From positions 658,688 through 722,687 of the forward strand of contig OZ244166.1 of NCBI GenBank assembly GCA_965216445.1: DNA of 64,000 nt, written 5' to 3'. Every line of letters begins with the position of its first letter. Position 1 is the stretch's first letter. Shown here one piece after another: positions 1 to 10,197 of the stretch. The notes under the pieces were generated by a model, which saw only the letters and a list, made by a program, of their open reading frames with translations, did not search any database and was not told the origin of the DNA. Position numbers and translations under genes: made by a program. The DNA comes from Acidimicrobiia bacterium (GTDB lineage: Bacteria > Actinomycetota > Acidimicrobiia > Spongiisociales > ZC4RG35).

Positions 1-974
1 CCGCCGGAAATCACCTCGTTGGATTCAGGGAAGACGATCGGATTGTCCACGACGGAACCCAGTTCCACCTTCAGGACACGCTCCATGTGGTCGAGTGTGT
101 CGCTCACAGCACCGTGGACTTGAGGTGCGCAACGCAATGAATAGGCGTCCTGGACTGCATGGTCGAAGTCGTCGGCGTGGCTTGTGCCGATTTCAGATCC
201 GGTGATCAAAGAAGCAATCCGGGCTGCCGATGAGGCCTGGCCCGGGTGTGGGCGGAGTGCATGCACCTCGGGTCGGAAGGGACGCGAACTTCCCATAAGG
301 GCTTCGACGGTCAGGGCACAGGCAACATCCGCGGCTTCGACCAGCATCCTCGCCGCGTGAAGGCCGAGCACACCCATTGAGGTCATGCCTTCTGTGCCGT
401 TGAGGAGGGCTAAGCCCTCCTTGGTCTTCAGCTGCACAGGTTGCAGATCGGTCTCGGCAGTTGGCGTCGGTTTGCCCTCGACGGTCACACTTCCCTCGCC
501 GATCAGCGGCAGAGCGAGATGGGCAAATGGGGCTAGATCACCCGACGCACCGACCGACCCCTGACCCGGCACCACCGGGAGAATGTTGCGATTGAGCATT
601 TCGAGGAGTCTCTCGACGATTACCGGTCGAACACCGGAGTGACCTTGAGACAACGTCCGGGCGCGGAGCAAAAGCATCGCCCGCACCACCTCTTGTGCCA
701 GGGGTTCGCCGACTCCTGTCGCATGGGAGCGAATCAGGTTGTACTGGAGGGTCTCCGAGTCGCTACGACCGATATGAGTGGTGGCGAGAGCACCGAACCC
801 GGTGGTGATCCCGTAGACGGTTTCCCCGGATTCCACGGCTTGGTCGACCAACAAACGTGCCGGATGCATACGTTCGCCGATCGATGGAGAGGCAGTCGCC
901 TTTGCACCATCGAGCGCAACCGACACGACCTGTTGCGGGGTTAGTGGTCCACCGTCGATCACGACTTCTTTCAC
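1..974 (-). CDS. hutH: histidine ammonia-lyase (aromatic amino-acid ammonia-lyase family), N-terminal ~324 codons; gene continues beyond window start
   Basis: Minus-strand translation gives VKEVVIDGGPLTPQQVVSVA...GQGSVGASGDLAPFAHLALPLIGEG (MIO-forming ASG motif) ...LLNGTEGM. The GTG start at 972-974 is the first canonical start after an in-frame TGA. Not present in the ORF track because its 3' end lies outside the window. Confidence 0.85.
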   Translation of the reverse strand, partial: MKEVVIDGGPLTPQQVVSVALDGAKATASPSIGERMHPARLLVDQAVESGETVYGITTGFGALATTHIGRSDSETLQYNLIRSHATGVGEPLAQEVVRAMLLLRARTLSQGHSGVRPVIVERLLEMLNRNILPVVPGQGSVGASGDLAPFAHLALPLIGEGSVTVEGKPTPTAETDLQPVQLKTKEGLALLNGTEGMTSMGVLGLHAARMLVEAADVACALTVEALMGSSRPFRPEVHALRPHPGQASSAARIASLITGSEIGTSHADDFDHAVQDAYSLRCAPQVHGAVSDTLDHMERVLKVELGSVVDNPIVFPESNEVISG

Positions 975-1086
975 GTCTGGGGACGGTAGTACGAGCCACA
1001 GGCGAAAGGCTCCTCAGCATCGGTTTGATCGACAGGAAGCTAGGGGTCAGGGGAAGTCAGCAACGGGGTTTAGGGTTGTACCTGTT

Positions 1087-1488
1087 GTGAACAAAGATCT
1101 AACACCACTTCTGAATACACCCGGGACATCGCTGGCGATCATTGGGGCAACCGACGCTCCGGGGAAGTACGGCGGGATCATCTATCGCGACATGAAGGCA
1201 AAGGGATTCACCGTCTATGCGGTCAATCCCGGTCGTGACACAGTCGCCGGTGACACGTGTTACGCCAGAGTCACCGATATTCCCGAAACCCCGACCATGG
1301 CAGTCTTTGTCGTCCCGGCACCAAGAGGGCTCCGTGTGCTCGAAGACTGCAAGGAGGCGGGCATTGAGAACATCTGGATACAGCCCGGGGCGTTCTCCTC
1401 AGACTTGCGCGAAGCGCTCGAGACAGGGGGCTTTGACTGGCTCGCCGAAGCTTGTGTGATGGTTCGGGCCCGGGTCGGGGTCAGCTAG
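1087..1488 (+). CDS. CoA-binding domain protein (YccU-like)
   Basis: 133 aa; LAIIGATDAPGKYGG...VYAVNP pattern typical of the CoA_binding_2 fold. Confidence 0.65.
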   Translation: MNKDLTPLLNTPGTSLAIIGATDAPGKYGGIIYRDMKAKGFTVYAVNPGRDTVAGDTCYARVTDIPETPTMAVFVVPAPRGLRVLEDCKEAGIENIWIQPGAFSSDLREALETGGFDWLAEACVMVRARVGVS

Positions 1489-1498
1489 CGGAAACTCC

Positions 1499-2623
1499 CT
1501 AGATCCGCCCACGGTACATCTCTCTGGCGATGATGTTGCGTTGAATCTCCGACGTTCCCTCGTAGATGCGGGGTGCACGGACATCCAGGTAGAGGTGGGC
1601 CAGGAGTGAGGACTTCTCCAATCCCCGCCCTCCGAGGACCTGAATGGCGACGTCGACCGCGTTTTGTGCAGTCTCGGTTGCGTGGAGCTTCGCCATCGCA
1701 GCCAGACCCGTCAGCGACTCTTTATCACCGTCGTCGTACGCCTTGGCGGCTGCATATATGAGGTGTGTCGATGCTTCGATGCCCACCCTCACGTCAGCTA
1801 GCTGGTGGCTCACGCCCTGAAACTCGCCTATTGGCTTGCCAAACGCCTCTCGCGATTGGGCGTGGGCGACGGCTTCTCGTAGGGCAGCTTCGGCCATGCC
1901 CAGGGCGAATGCCCCAACACTGGGTCGGAACAAGTCGAGAGTTGCCATGGCCACTCGAAAGCCGTTATTGACCTCACCCAGCACACTCGCCTCATCGACC
2001 AGAACCCCATCGAATTGCAGACTCCCAATGGGGTGGGGGGACACCATCTCGATCGATGATCCGCTCAGACCGTCGCTGTCGGAGGGAACGACAAACGCCG
2101 TCACTCCACGGCTGCCGCCGTCGGGGTCGGTTCGGGCGAAAACCGTGTACACGTCAGCTTCGGGTGCGTTGGAGATGTATGTCTTTCGTCCGGTGAGTCG
2201 ATAACCGGCGCCGTCTTTCTCGGCCTTTGTCGAGATGGAGGCGGCGTCCGAACCAGCCCCCGGTTCGGTCAGGGCAAAACCGGCTACGGCTTGTCCGGAC
2301 TTGACCTTCGGTATCCATCGCTTACGGGCCTCTTCGCTGGCGAACCGTTGAATTGGGGTGGCACCTAGACCTTGAAGTGCCAGGGCCGTCTCTGCGGCGG
2401 TGTTCGTCCTGGCCAGTCCTTGACGAATCGCACATAGCTCAGTGGCTGTCACCCCATCAGTATGAAAAATGGGGTCGAGGAGACCGCTCTTACCCAGGGC
2501 AGCCAGGAGAGGACGGTTGACTCTCCCCGGTTCGTGGGAGTCGACGGACTCGGAGAGGGAGCGACCGACTTCCTCGGCCTCCGCGATCCGCTCCTTGATC
2601 CGACTCATCGACTCAGTTGGCAC
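1499..2623 (-). CDS. acyl-CoA dehydrogenase
   Basis: 374 aa; ACAD hallmarks (GSDAASISTKAEKDGAGYRLTGRKTYISNA; YEGTSEIQRNIIAR C-terminal motif). Confidence 0.85.
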   Translation of the reverse strand: MPTESMSRIKERIAEAEEVGRSLSESVDSHEPGRVNRPLLAALGKSGLLDPIFHTDGVTATELCAIRQGLARTNTAAETALALQGLGATPIQRFASEEARKRWIPKVKSGQAVAGFALTEPGAGSDAASISTKAEKDGAGYRLTGRKTYISNAPEADVYTVFARTDPDGGSRGVTAFVVPSDSDGLSGSSIEMVSPHPIGSLQFDGVLVDEASVLGEVNNGFRVAMATLDLFRPSVGAFALGMAEAALREAVAHAQSREAFGKPIGEFQGVSHQLADVRVGIEASTHLIYAAAKAYDDGDKESLTGLAAMAKLHATETAQNAVDVAIQVLGGRGLEKSSLLAHLYLDVRAPRIYEGTSEIQRNIIAREMYRGRI

Positions 2624-2993
2624 TCTTCATTTGTTGGATGATCTCGGCCATTCGCGCCTCGACCTCGTCGTAACCCGCTCCCGCCTCGATGGCCCGGTTA
2701 ACCGCATTGAGAAAGATGTTGTCTATGCCGGCGTCTCCCACTCCTTCTCCGCTGACACTCAACCGCTCCGCGAGCATGCGGTCCCTCACCGCTTCGAGAC
2801 GTTTGTAAGCTGCTTGCAGGGCCTCCTTGTCGTGGAGAGGAAGGCCTTCAGCTAGTTCGTAGGAGCGTTGCCGTAGCTGAGTCTGACGCTCTCTGAGTTC
2901 GGATCGGGCTGCGAAGTCATCAGCCGGCAGGGCGAGAAGTTTGTCGTGAATGGTCGCGAGCTCTTCCCGGATCTGATCAAGTGTTGGTTCCAT
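2613..2993 (-). CDS. hypothetical coiled-coil protein
   Basis: 126-aa ORF with high GC3 that overlaps the ACAD start by 11 nt; no recognisable family. Confidence 0.45.
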   Translation of the reverse strand: MEPTLDQIREELATIHDKLLALPADDFAARSELRERQTQLRQRSYELAEGLPLHDKEALQAAYKRLEAVRDRMLAERLSVSGEGVGDAGIDNIFLNAVNRAIEAGAGYDEVEARMAEIIQQMKSAN

Positions 2994-3018
2994 ACGCAGA
3001 ACTTAGCTATCTGAACGC

Positions 3019-3891
3019 TTGTGCGGCCGCTATCTCCATTTGCTTGGATTAGCCTTCCGGGTCGTGAGTCCATTTCGTGCCTCAGCGCAATTCACCGACG
3101 ACTGGTCCAACTTCGATTTCTCGGTGGTCGATGGGGTCGCAACGGTCACCTTCACCAGGCCGGACAAGTTGAATGCCCTGACCTTTGATGTCTACGCCGA
3201 TCTACGAGATTTGCTGGCGGAATTGGAGCACCGGGACGATGCGAAAGTCCTTGTGATTACGGGTGAGGGCAAAGGCTTCTGTTCGGGCGGTGACGTCAAT
3301 GAGATCATTGGCGAGCTCGTCGAAATGGACAGCAAAGGTCTCCTTGAGTTCACAAGGATGACCGGTGCAGTTGTCGAGGCGATGCGACGACTCCCCATGC
3401 CCATTATTGCCTCTATAAACGGTGTTGCCGCGGGTGCAGGTGCAGTGATCGGCCTCGCTGCTGACCTCCGCATCCTGGGCGAAAGCGCCAGTTTTCACTT
3501 CCTGTTCACCAAAGTTGGTCTGGCCGGAGCCGACATGGGCTCGGCTTATCTCTTGCCCCGGGTAGTCGGCCTCGGGCGCGCTTCCGAATTGCTGCTGCTT
3601 GGCGAACGGGTCGATCCAAAGTCAGCGCTTGCGATGGGTTTGGCCACGAAAGTGGTGGCTGACGACGATCTCCAGTCGGCTACCGCTGAACTCGCCCGCA
3701 CGCTTGCTGACGGTCCGACACTGGCATTTGCGTCGACGAAGGTGTTGCTGAGTCGAGAACTCGACATGGATCTGGCCTCTTCGATTGAACTCGAGGCGTA
3801 CACGCAGGCCCTGCTCATGACCACCGAGGACCACGCTGAGTTCTATAAGGCCTTCACCAAAAAACGCCCGCCACAGTGGCAGGGTCGATGA
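3019..3891 (+). CDS. enoyl-CoA hydratase/isomerase (crotonase family)
   Basis: DGVATVTFTRPDKLNALT...FCSGGDV crotonase motifs. TTG at 3019 is from the ORF track; an alternative in-frame GTG at 3064 leaves a more plausible gap to the divergent upstream gene. Confidence 0.8.
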   Translation: MCGRYLHLLGLAFRVVSPFRASAQFTDDWSNFDFSVVDGVATVTFTRPDKLNALTFDVYADLRDLLAELEHRDDAKVLVITGEGKGFCSGGDVNEIIGELVEMDSKGLLEFTRMTGAVVEAMRRLPMPIIASINGVAAGAGAVIGLAADLRILGESASFHFLFTKVGLAGADMGSAYLLPRVVGLGRASELLLLGERVDPKSALAMGLATKVVADDDLQSATAELARTLADGPTLAFASTKVLLSRELDMDLASSIELEAYTQALLMTTEDHAEFYKAFTKKRPPQWQGR

Positions 3892-4286
3892 GCGGTCTTC
3901 CCATTAACCCGTCGAATCTGGCACCCGCGTCGGGTTTCTCTCACGGGATTGTGACCGAGGGAGGAACACTTCTCCATATCGCAGGGGAAACCGGCCACCA
4001 CCAGGACTTCTCGCTGGACGAAGGATTCGTCGATCAGTTCGCACAGGCGTGTCGCAACGTAGCCGCTGTGATCGCCGAGGCGGGCGGTGGTCCCACGGAC
4101 CTCGTCTCACTGACGATCTTCTCGACCGATGTGCAGGCCTACAGGGACAGCCTCTCCGACATTGGCATCGCCTATCGCTCGGTGTTCGGACGGCACTTCC
4201 CGGCCATGGCGTTGATCGGAGTCACCGAGTTGGTCGACCCCAAGGCCGTGGTCGAAATGTCCGGCGTGGCGGTCCTGCGCCGGTAG
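3888..4286 (+). CDS. RidA/YjgF/TdcF family protein (possible enamine/imine deaminase)
   Basis: MSGLPINPSNLAPASGFSHGIV...; ATGA overlap with the enoyl-CoA hydratase stop. Confidence 0.75.
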   Translation: MSGLPINPSNLAPASGFSHGIVTEGGTLLHIAGETGHHQDFSLDEGFVDQFAQACRNVAAVIAEAGGGPTDLVSLTIFSTDVQAYRDSLSDIGIAYRSVFGRHFPAMALIGVTELVDPKAVVEMSGVAVLRR

Positions 4287-4297
4287 CCGTGGGTTGG

Positions 4298-5430
4298 TTA
4301 CCTGGCCGTGAAGTCAATGAGACGATCGACATCCGACTCGGTTTGATAAACCCCGAAGCCGACTCGCAACCGGTCCGCCCTACGGTCGGTAATGACACCC
4401 AAGTCATGGAGACGTTGGTAGTGCTCGGCGGCACCATCGGAACGGAACGTCAGGAAGTTGCCGCGGCCGGTTGCCTGATCCGGTACCAGTTCGCCGAGAT
4501 GAGGATTCCCATTCAGGAACTGAGTTTGCAGTGCTCATAGCGTGGTCGTGGATGTCCTTGGGGATTGACTCCGAGTTCCTCCAACCATGACAAGACGGCG
4601 CGCAGCCTGTAGACCCCTGATGGGTCGTAAGTCGCACCGGCGAACCGCGAACCGTCTTCCGTATAGGGGACGGCCCCTGACACGCCAGTTTCGAGTTGGC
4701 CGAAGCCCGCGTACCAACCCGTGTCCACCGGTCGAAGGCCGTATCCGCTCGGGGCGTGGAGGAAACAAACCCCTTCTCCGGACATTGCATATTTGTACCC
4801 ACCGGCCAAGTAGAAGACCCGGTCGGCGATGGTGGAGATATCGGTGGGAAGAGCCATGAATTGGTGGTAGCCGTCGATTACGACAAAGGTCGCATCGTCA
4901 TCGACGGCTTCGACGACGCCGTGTAGGTCGGGCACGACAAAACCTGAGTCGTAGAAGACCGACGACAAATAGACCATGTCGTACCGATCGGTGCCCGCCT
5001 TATCGGTGAATCGGTCCTGAAAGGTATCGAACGGCTCGGTAGATACCCTTTCGACGATGGCGAGCCCTGCCTCCTCCCAGCGACGAGACTGGCGGGTGAA
5101 GGAATGGAACTCCGACCCGGTGGTCAGTATCCGCACTGGAGGCCTCAGGCAAGAGAAGACCCTCTTGAGGAGCTCATGGGTATTGGGCGCAAAGGTCAGG
5201 GTCTGTGGGTTGGGGAGCCCCAGAACCGAAGCTATGAGTTGGCGGGTCTCGGGAAACACCGACCCGAATATGTAGTCCCACTTGTCATCGACGAGCTGGG
5301 CTGAGTCAAGCCAGTACTCCTTGTGGGCCTCGAATGCGACGTCAGGCCAGGGATGGTGCGAGTGGGCGGCGAAGTGCATTCGCTCCGGATCGTTGGCGAA
5401 GAATTCCGAGAAATGCTCTTTGAGGTTCAC
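4298..5430 (-). pseudogene. kynU: kynureninase, disrupted by a single frameshift near 4516-4534
   Basis: N-terminal 305 codons (GTG at 5428-5430, overlapping the kynA stop) carry the PLP motif region FYLAGGYKYAMSGEG and stop at 4513-4515. The adjacent frame continues ALQTQFLNGNPHLGELVPDQATGRGNFLTFRSDGAAEHYQRLHDLGVITDRRADRLRVGFGVYQTESDVDRLIDFTAR to a stop at 4298-4300. This second segment aligns with the kynureninase C-terminus with no length gap. Confidence 0.75.
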
Positions 5431-6512
5431 GTCTGATACTTGAACTTCATCGACTGGATGACCTCGTCGGGAAGTTCGGGACGCTCCTTGTGCGGAACGA
5501 GGAATGTGGTCAAGTTGAACAAATCGGAGAAGATCTTGGACCGTTCCGCCGACTTCTCCAGGTACTTCGCACCGGCCGATCCGCCCGTGCCGATCCGGCG
5601 TCCGATCATCCGGAGAGCCATCTGGGCGTGACGGTACCGCCACGCGGTAAAGCCCTCATCTATGTCCATCAACAGCTCCAACATCCGATGCGGTTCCTGG
5701 AGGGCCGGGAGGTCCCGATAGAGATTGATGAAGAGGGCAGCTTGAAAGGCTCGGTGGGAAAGTCGTCGTTCTCCGGTGCGCGACATGGCGGCGTGTTTTG
5801 TTTCGTCGAATACCGCCTCGTACTGGCGCATCGTCAAGTCGAAGTCCTTCAACTGGCCGGCGATTTGATCCTCCGTCAGTTGCGGATTGGCCGCAACGAC
5901 GGATCGGTCTGCGTCGAGCCTGGCCCGGACGGCACCTTCGAACGCGTCCCAGAATCGGAACTCGCCGTGCTCGAGGAAGGGTGTCCGCTCCAGCCATTTC
6001 TCGACTGCGTCGAAAAGAGTCAAGCCTTCTTCAGTCTCAACAACTTGGCTTTTGTCGGCATCATCGAAACGCTCCGTGTACACCGCACCTTCGAACAGCA
6101 GTCGATCCTCCCGACGCATACCCAGTTTGTTCTCGACCATGCGGAATTGGGCGGACTGGAAGCCGGATGCCGGGAAGAGGTGGTCCCGGAAGTCCAGGAA
6201 GTCGAGAGGGGTCATGGTTTCCAGGACAGCGATCTGTTGGATCAGAAGCCTTTGGATCTCGGCAATCCTGCGTAGTCGGGCAACAACCCGGCCCATGTCG
6301 CCTTCGGCGACCTCCTCGCCGGCGAACATCTCAAGAAGATCGTCGAGTTCCCAAAGAATCTGCTTGAACCAAAGCTCGTAGGCCTGGTGGACGATGATGA
6401 ACAGCATCTCATCGTGAACGGTGTCGCCCGCCTTCGCGGTCTCCAGATGCTGAGCGTCCAACAGCTTGTCCAACTGGAGGTAATCGGCGTAGTAGATACC
6501 GTCAGAACTCAT
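5427..6512 (-). CDS. kynA: tryptophan 2,3-dioxygenase (long form, 361 aa)
   Basis: YADYLQLDKLLDAQH N-terminus, SGFQSAQFR and HAQMALRMIGRRIGTGGSAGAKYL motifs. Confidence 0.85.
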   Translation of the reverse strand: MSSDGIYYADYLQLDKLLDAQHLETAKAGDTVHDEMLFIIVHQAYELWFKQILWELDDLLEMFAGEEVAEGDMGRVVARLRRIAEIQRLLIQQIAVLETMTPLDFLDFRDHLFPASGFQSAQFRMVENKLGMRREDRLLFEGAVYTERFDDADKSQVVETEEGLTLFDAVEKWLERTPFLEHGEFRFWDAFEGAVRARLDADRSVVAANPQLTEDQIAGQLKDFDLTMRQYEAVFDETKHAAMSRTGERRLSHRAFQAALFINLYRDLPALQEPHRMLELLMDIDEGFTAWRYRHAQMALRMIGRRIGTGGSAGAKYLEKSAERSKIFSDLFNLTTFLVPHKERPELPDEVIQSMKFKYQT

Positions 6513-6547
6513 GGCTACCCCTGAAACTAGCGGTCTCCACCGTCACT

Positions 6548-7354
6548 TCACCAGTTGATACCGCACCACTGCTCAGATCGCACCCAAAGTTCCTTTGCCA
6601 ATTGGTCATCCCGTGCGGCCGGTGACGGCCGGGCCGCGGCAAGACGTGCGTAATAGCCCCCGGACTCGTTGTCCACGTCGGGATCGACCGCACACCAGAT
6701 AACCGTCTCCGCACCTTCCTCGGCCGAGTTGAGCCGACCCCTTCTCACGATCCTGAACCACCAGGGGAGAATATTGGTCGAAGTGAAACCGGGGTGTACG
6801 GCGTAGCTGTGCCAGTTCGGCTGACGGCGGGCCAGCTCCCTGACGTACAGAATGTTGGCGAGTTTGGAAACTCCGTATGCATCCAACCGGGGCCACCGCT
6901 TGGCCGGCCGGTTCAAGCTGTCGAAGTCGATGCCATCAACCCGCTTATGGACCGAGCTGGCGACAGTCACAATTCTTGCTCCAGGTCGGATGGCTCGTCG
7001 AAGGTGCCAATTGAGTGCGAAGTGGCCGAGATGATTGACTGCGAAATGCATCTCGAACCCGTCCTGCGAGAGGCCCGATGCCAGCCCAACGCCGGCGTTG
7101 TTCACAAGAACATCGATCGTGCGGCCCCTGCCTTCGAACTCCTCGGCGGACTGGCGCACATGGTCCAGCGACGCCAAGTCCAGGTCCAAGAACTCCGCCG
7201 ACCCACCAGCGGACTTGATTTGCTCGACTACGGGTCTGGTGCGGTCACGTGAGCGCCCAGCGGCCACGACGTGGAATCCGCGTTCCCCCAACGCCAGAGA
7301 CGTTGCTCGGCCGATTCCTGACGACGCTCCGGTCACTAAGGCGGTTTTCATCAC
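6548..7354 (-). CDS. SDR family oxidoreductase
   Basis: TGASSGIG Rossmann motif, NNAG, YxxxK (YGVSK). Confidence 0.8.
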   Translation of the reverse strand: MMKTALVTGASSGIGRATSLALGERGFHVVAAGRSRDRTRPVVEQIKSAGGSAEFLDLDLASLDHVRQSAEEFEGRGRTIDVLVNNAGVGLASGLSQDGFEMHFAVNHLGHFALNWHLRRAIRPGARIVTVASSVHKRVDGIDFDSLNRPAKRWPRLDAYGVSKLANILYVRELARRQPNWHSYAVHPGFTSTNILPWWFRIVRRGRLNSAEEGAETVIWCAVDPDVDNESGGYYARLAAARPSPAARDDQLAKELWVRSEQWCGINW

Positions 7355-7407
7355 GTCGGACGGTAGCCCTTGTGTGCGGAGTATCTTGCGGGTCGCGGAC
7401 GTGAAAC

Positions 7408-8940
7408 ATGAGGGGGATCGCCACCGCTAGCCTCCGGTCCGTGACCGAGTGGCCCGACATCCTGAATATTGATAGCTGGATCTTTGGCGATCATCTAGCG
7501 GAACGTAAGGATCGGGTGGCGCTCAGGCTGGACGATGGCACGGTGACCTATGGCCAGGTCGACAGTGCGGTCTCCGCCTATGCCCACTTGCTGCTTTCTG
7601 CTGGGGTCGAACCATCAGACCGGGTCCTCATCGTCCTGCCAGACGGTTTGGACTACGTAGCCGCCCTATTTTCGGTATTCCGGGTTGGAGCGGTCGCCGT
7701 GATGGTGAACCCGAGTCTCGCCAGCGACGCACTCGTAGGCATCATCGACCGGTCTCGGGCTTCAGTGGCTGTGGTCGCCGGGCAGCACCTGTCTGCCTTC
7801 TCGTTCGCGGAGCGCCAATCGAGCCAGGCAGTCGCGACCGTGGCTCCCGACCAGGTGGATATGGATGCGGGGCACCGTGTTGCCGCGGCTGCCACATCGC
7901 CTGACGATCCTGCGATTTGGTTGTTCTCCGGAGGGACAACGGGTCTCCCCAAAGCCGTTCCTCAAACTCATCGCAGTCTGGTCAACACGACGCGGCTTTA
8001 TGGCCAGGGATCGCTCGGTCTTGGTCAAGACGACATAACGATGGCGATCCCCAAGCTCTATTTCGGCTACGCCACCGGCTCCAATCTGCTCTTCCCGCTG
8101 TCCGTCGGAGCAAGCACGGTGTTGTTTGAGGAGCATCCAACTCCAGATGCGGTGTTCCGACGGATCGGACAACATCAGCCCACGGTGCTGGTCAACGTAC
8201 CGTCCGCTGTCAACCAGATGCTGTCCCATCCGGGTGCACAGGACCAGGACCTTTCGTCGCTCCGACTCGCAACCTCGGCGGGTGAAGCCCTACCGGAGAG
8301 TCTCTATCGACGGTGGAAGGAGACTTTTGGTGTGGAGTTGCTCGACGGGTTGGGCACAGCCGAAATGTGGCACATTTTTGTGACCAACGTGGTTGGGGAC
8401 GTTCGTCCGGGAACACTTGGCAAGGTGGTCCCAGGGTTCGAGATCAAGGCCTGTGACGAAGATGGCAACGAAGTGCCTCCGGGAGACGTGGGCCGACTCT
8501 GGGTCAAAGGCGATTCGCTCGGGCTCGGCTACTTCGAAGATCCGGCCAAGACCGAGGACGCCTTTCGCGGGGAGTGGTTCGTCGGTGGTGACCTCGTGTC
8601 GATCGATGAGGACGGGTACGTCACTCACCGAGGGCGAGCCGACGACGCGATCAAGGTGAAAGGAAAGTGGTTCCGGCCCCAAGAGGTGGAGTCGGTCCTT
8701 CTCGATCACGAGGCTGTCAAGGAGGTCGCCGTTGTCGCTGTCAACGACGAGGCAGGGTTGGCCAAACCGGTGGCTTTTGTCGTCCCCACGAAGGACGTCA
8801 CCGAACAGGAGTTGATCGACTGGGTTCTCGACCATATCGAGGCGTACAAGCACCCCCGGATGATCTATCTGGTCGAACGTCTGCCCCAGACCCATCTGGG
8901 AAAGGTCGACCGTTCGGAGTTGAAGAGGCGCGCGGTTTAG
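7408..8940 (+). CDS. aryl-CoA ligase (benzoate/2-aminobenzoate-CoA ligase family), putative anthranilate-CoA ligase
   Basis: AMP-binding motif FSGGTTGLPKAV; benzoate-CoA ligase-like C-terminus GDLVSIDEDGYVTHRGRADDAIKVKGKWF. The substrate is inferred only from the divergent kynA-kynU neighbourhood. Confidence 0.75.
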   Translation: MRGIATASLRSVTEWPDILNIDSWIFGDHLAERKDRVALRLDDGTVTYGQVDSAVSAYAHLLLSAGVEPSDRVLIVLPDGLDYVAALFSVFRVGAVAVMVNPSLASDALVGIIDRSRASVAVVAGQHLSAFSFAERQSSQAVATVAPDQVDMDAGHRVAAAATSPDDPAIWLFSGGTTGLPKAVPQTHRSLVNTTRLYGQGSLGLGQDDITMAIPKLYFGYATGSNLLFPLSVGASTVLFEEHPTPDAVFRRIGQHQPTVLVNVPSAVNQMLSHPGAQDQDLSSLRLATSAGEALPESLYRRWKETFGVELLDGLGTAEMWHIFVTNVVGDVRPGTLGKVVPGFEIKACDEDGNEVPPGDVGRLWVKGDSLGLGYFEDPAKTEDAFRGEWFVGGDLVSIDEDGYVTHRGRADDAIKVKGKWFRPQEVESVLLDHEAVKEVAVVAVNDEAGLAKPVAFVVPTKDVTEQELIDWVLDHIEAYKHPRMIYLVERLPQTHLGKVDRSELKRRAV

Positions 8941-8979
8941 GCGAGAGAATCTGTCCCAGATGGGCGCGAAGGTGGAGAC

Positions 8980-10197
8980 ATGGAGCCCACGATTCTTCAT
9001 GCCGACCTCGACGCCTTCTATGCGTCCGTCGAACAGCTGCTAGACCCGAGCCTTCGTGGCATTCCCATGGCGGTTGGTGGTGGCGTGATCCTGGCGGCCT
9101 CATACGAAGCTCGGCGCTACGGAGTTCGGGCTCCTATGAACATCCGGGAGGCTCGTTCGTTGTGCCCCCATCTCCGGGTGGTCGATGGCACCTTCAGTCG
9201 GTACCTCGACTACTCCGACAAGGTCATGGCAATCATCGACGATTTCACGCCTGTCGTCGAGCAGATCTCCGTTGACGAAGCATTCCTCGATGTCCTCGGC
9301 ACGACACACCTCTTGGGCAAGCCGAGCGAAATCGCTGCCGAGATCAGGTCCCGCGTTCGGGCCGAGGTGGGTCTGCCTATTTCCATCGGTATTGCCAGCA
9401 CCAAATTCCTCGCCAAAATCGCATCGGCTCGCGCTAAACCCGACGGTCTGGTGCTGGTAGATCCAACAACCGAGTTGGACTTTCTTCACGCACTGCCAAT
9501 CGAAGCGATGTGGGGCGTGGGTCCGGTGACGGCCAAACGGTTGCGATCGCTGGGGATAGAAGACATAGGCCAGCTCGCATCAATCCCGGAATCAGTGCTC
9601 GGACACGGGCTCGGGTCAGCCGCTGGAACAAGTCTGTACGCCCTCGCCCACAACCGTGATCCTAGGCCGGTCCTGAGGGGTCGGAGGGCCGGGAGTGTCG
9701 GCAGCCAGCAGGCTCTCGGCCGGGGATTGTCGGACCGCGGAGCGATGGTGTCGGTGGTGCGGGGTTTGGCGGACCGGATCGGGCGGAGGATGCGTCGAAA
9801 GGGCCGATCCGGCTCGACGGTGAGTCTTCGAGTCCGGTTCCCCGGTCGGCGGATTGTCTCCCGAAGCCTCACGTTGCGCTGGCCAACGGGGTCGACTCGG
9901 GCCATCGGCAATGTGGCGGTCGAACTGTTGGATCGTGCCGTTGATGGAGAGCATGAGCCGGTGACGTTGATCGGGATATCGGTCTCGAAGCTGGCAGTAG
10001 ACCGACACGTCCAATTGGAACTTGGCTTCGACTCGCGTGACGAAATCAACCCAGGGTCGGTGTTGGGGGCCCGTCAAGACGCACTCGACGCGAAGGTAGA
10101 TCAGATCAGGGAGAAGTTCGGTACAACGTCGTTGCAGGTTGGATCCCGGAAGAGAGACGGGAATGACGACCTAAGACGACTTGCAGAGAAGTCATGA
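8980..10197 (+). CDS. dinB: DNA polymerase IV (Y-family)
   Basis: ILHADLDAFYASVE...VDEAFLDV catalytic motifs. Confidence 0.85.
   Translation: MEPTILHADLDAFYASVEQLLDPSLRGIPMAVGGGVILAASYEARRYGVRAPMNIREARSLCPHLRVVDGTFSRYLDYSDKVMAIIDDFTPVVEQISVDEAFLDVLGTTHLLGKPSEIAAEIRSRVRAEVGLPISIGIASTKFLAKIASARAKPDGLVLVDPTTELDFLHALPIEAMWGVGPVTAKRLRSLGIEDIGQLASIPESVLGHGLGSAAGTSLYALAHNRDPRPVLRGRRAGSVGSQQALGRGLSDRGAMVSVVRGLADRIGRRMRRKGRSGSTVSLRVRFPGRRIVSRSLTLRWPTGSTRAIGNVAVELLDRAVDGEHEPVTLIGISVSKLAVDRHVQLELGFDSRDEINPGSVLGARQDALDAKVDQIREKFGTTSLQVGSRKRDGNDDLRRLAEKS

Noticed and set aside
4516-4534. Programmed ribosomal frameshift in kynU or the dapA-like gene
   Set aside because: No slippery heptamer, and no stimulatory structure placed appropriately downstream; a simple indel is more parsimonious
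5431-5643. N-terminal extension of the kynureninase ORF to the ATG at 5643
   Set aside because: It would overlap kynA by 216 nt and has an Arg-rich, non-homologous N-terminus; the GTG at 5428-5430 overlapping the kynA stop gives the conserved start
5490-6275. 261-aa plus-strand ORF and other ORFs overlapping kynA and kynU
   Set aside because: They are antisense to a well-supported TDO gene and have low-complexity Arg-rich products
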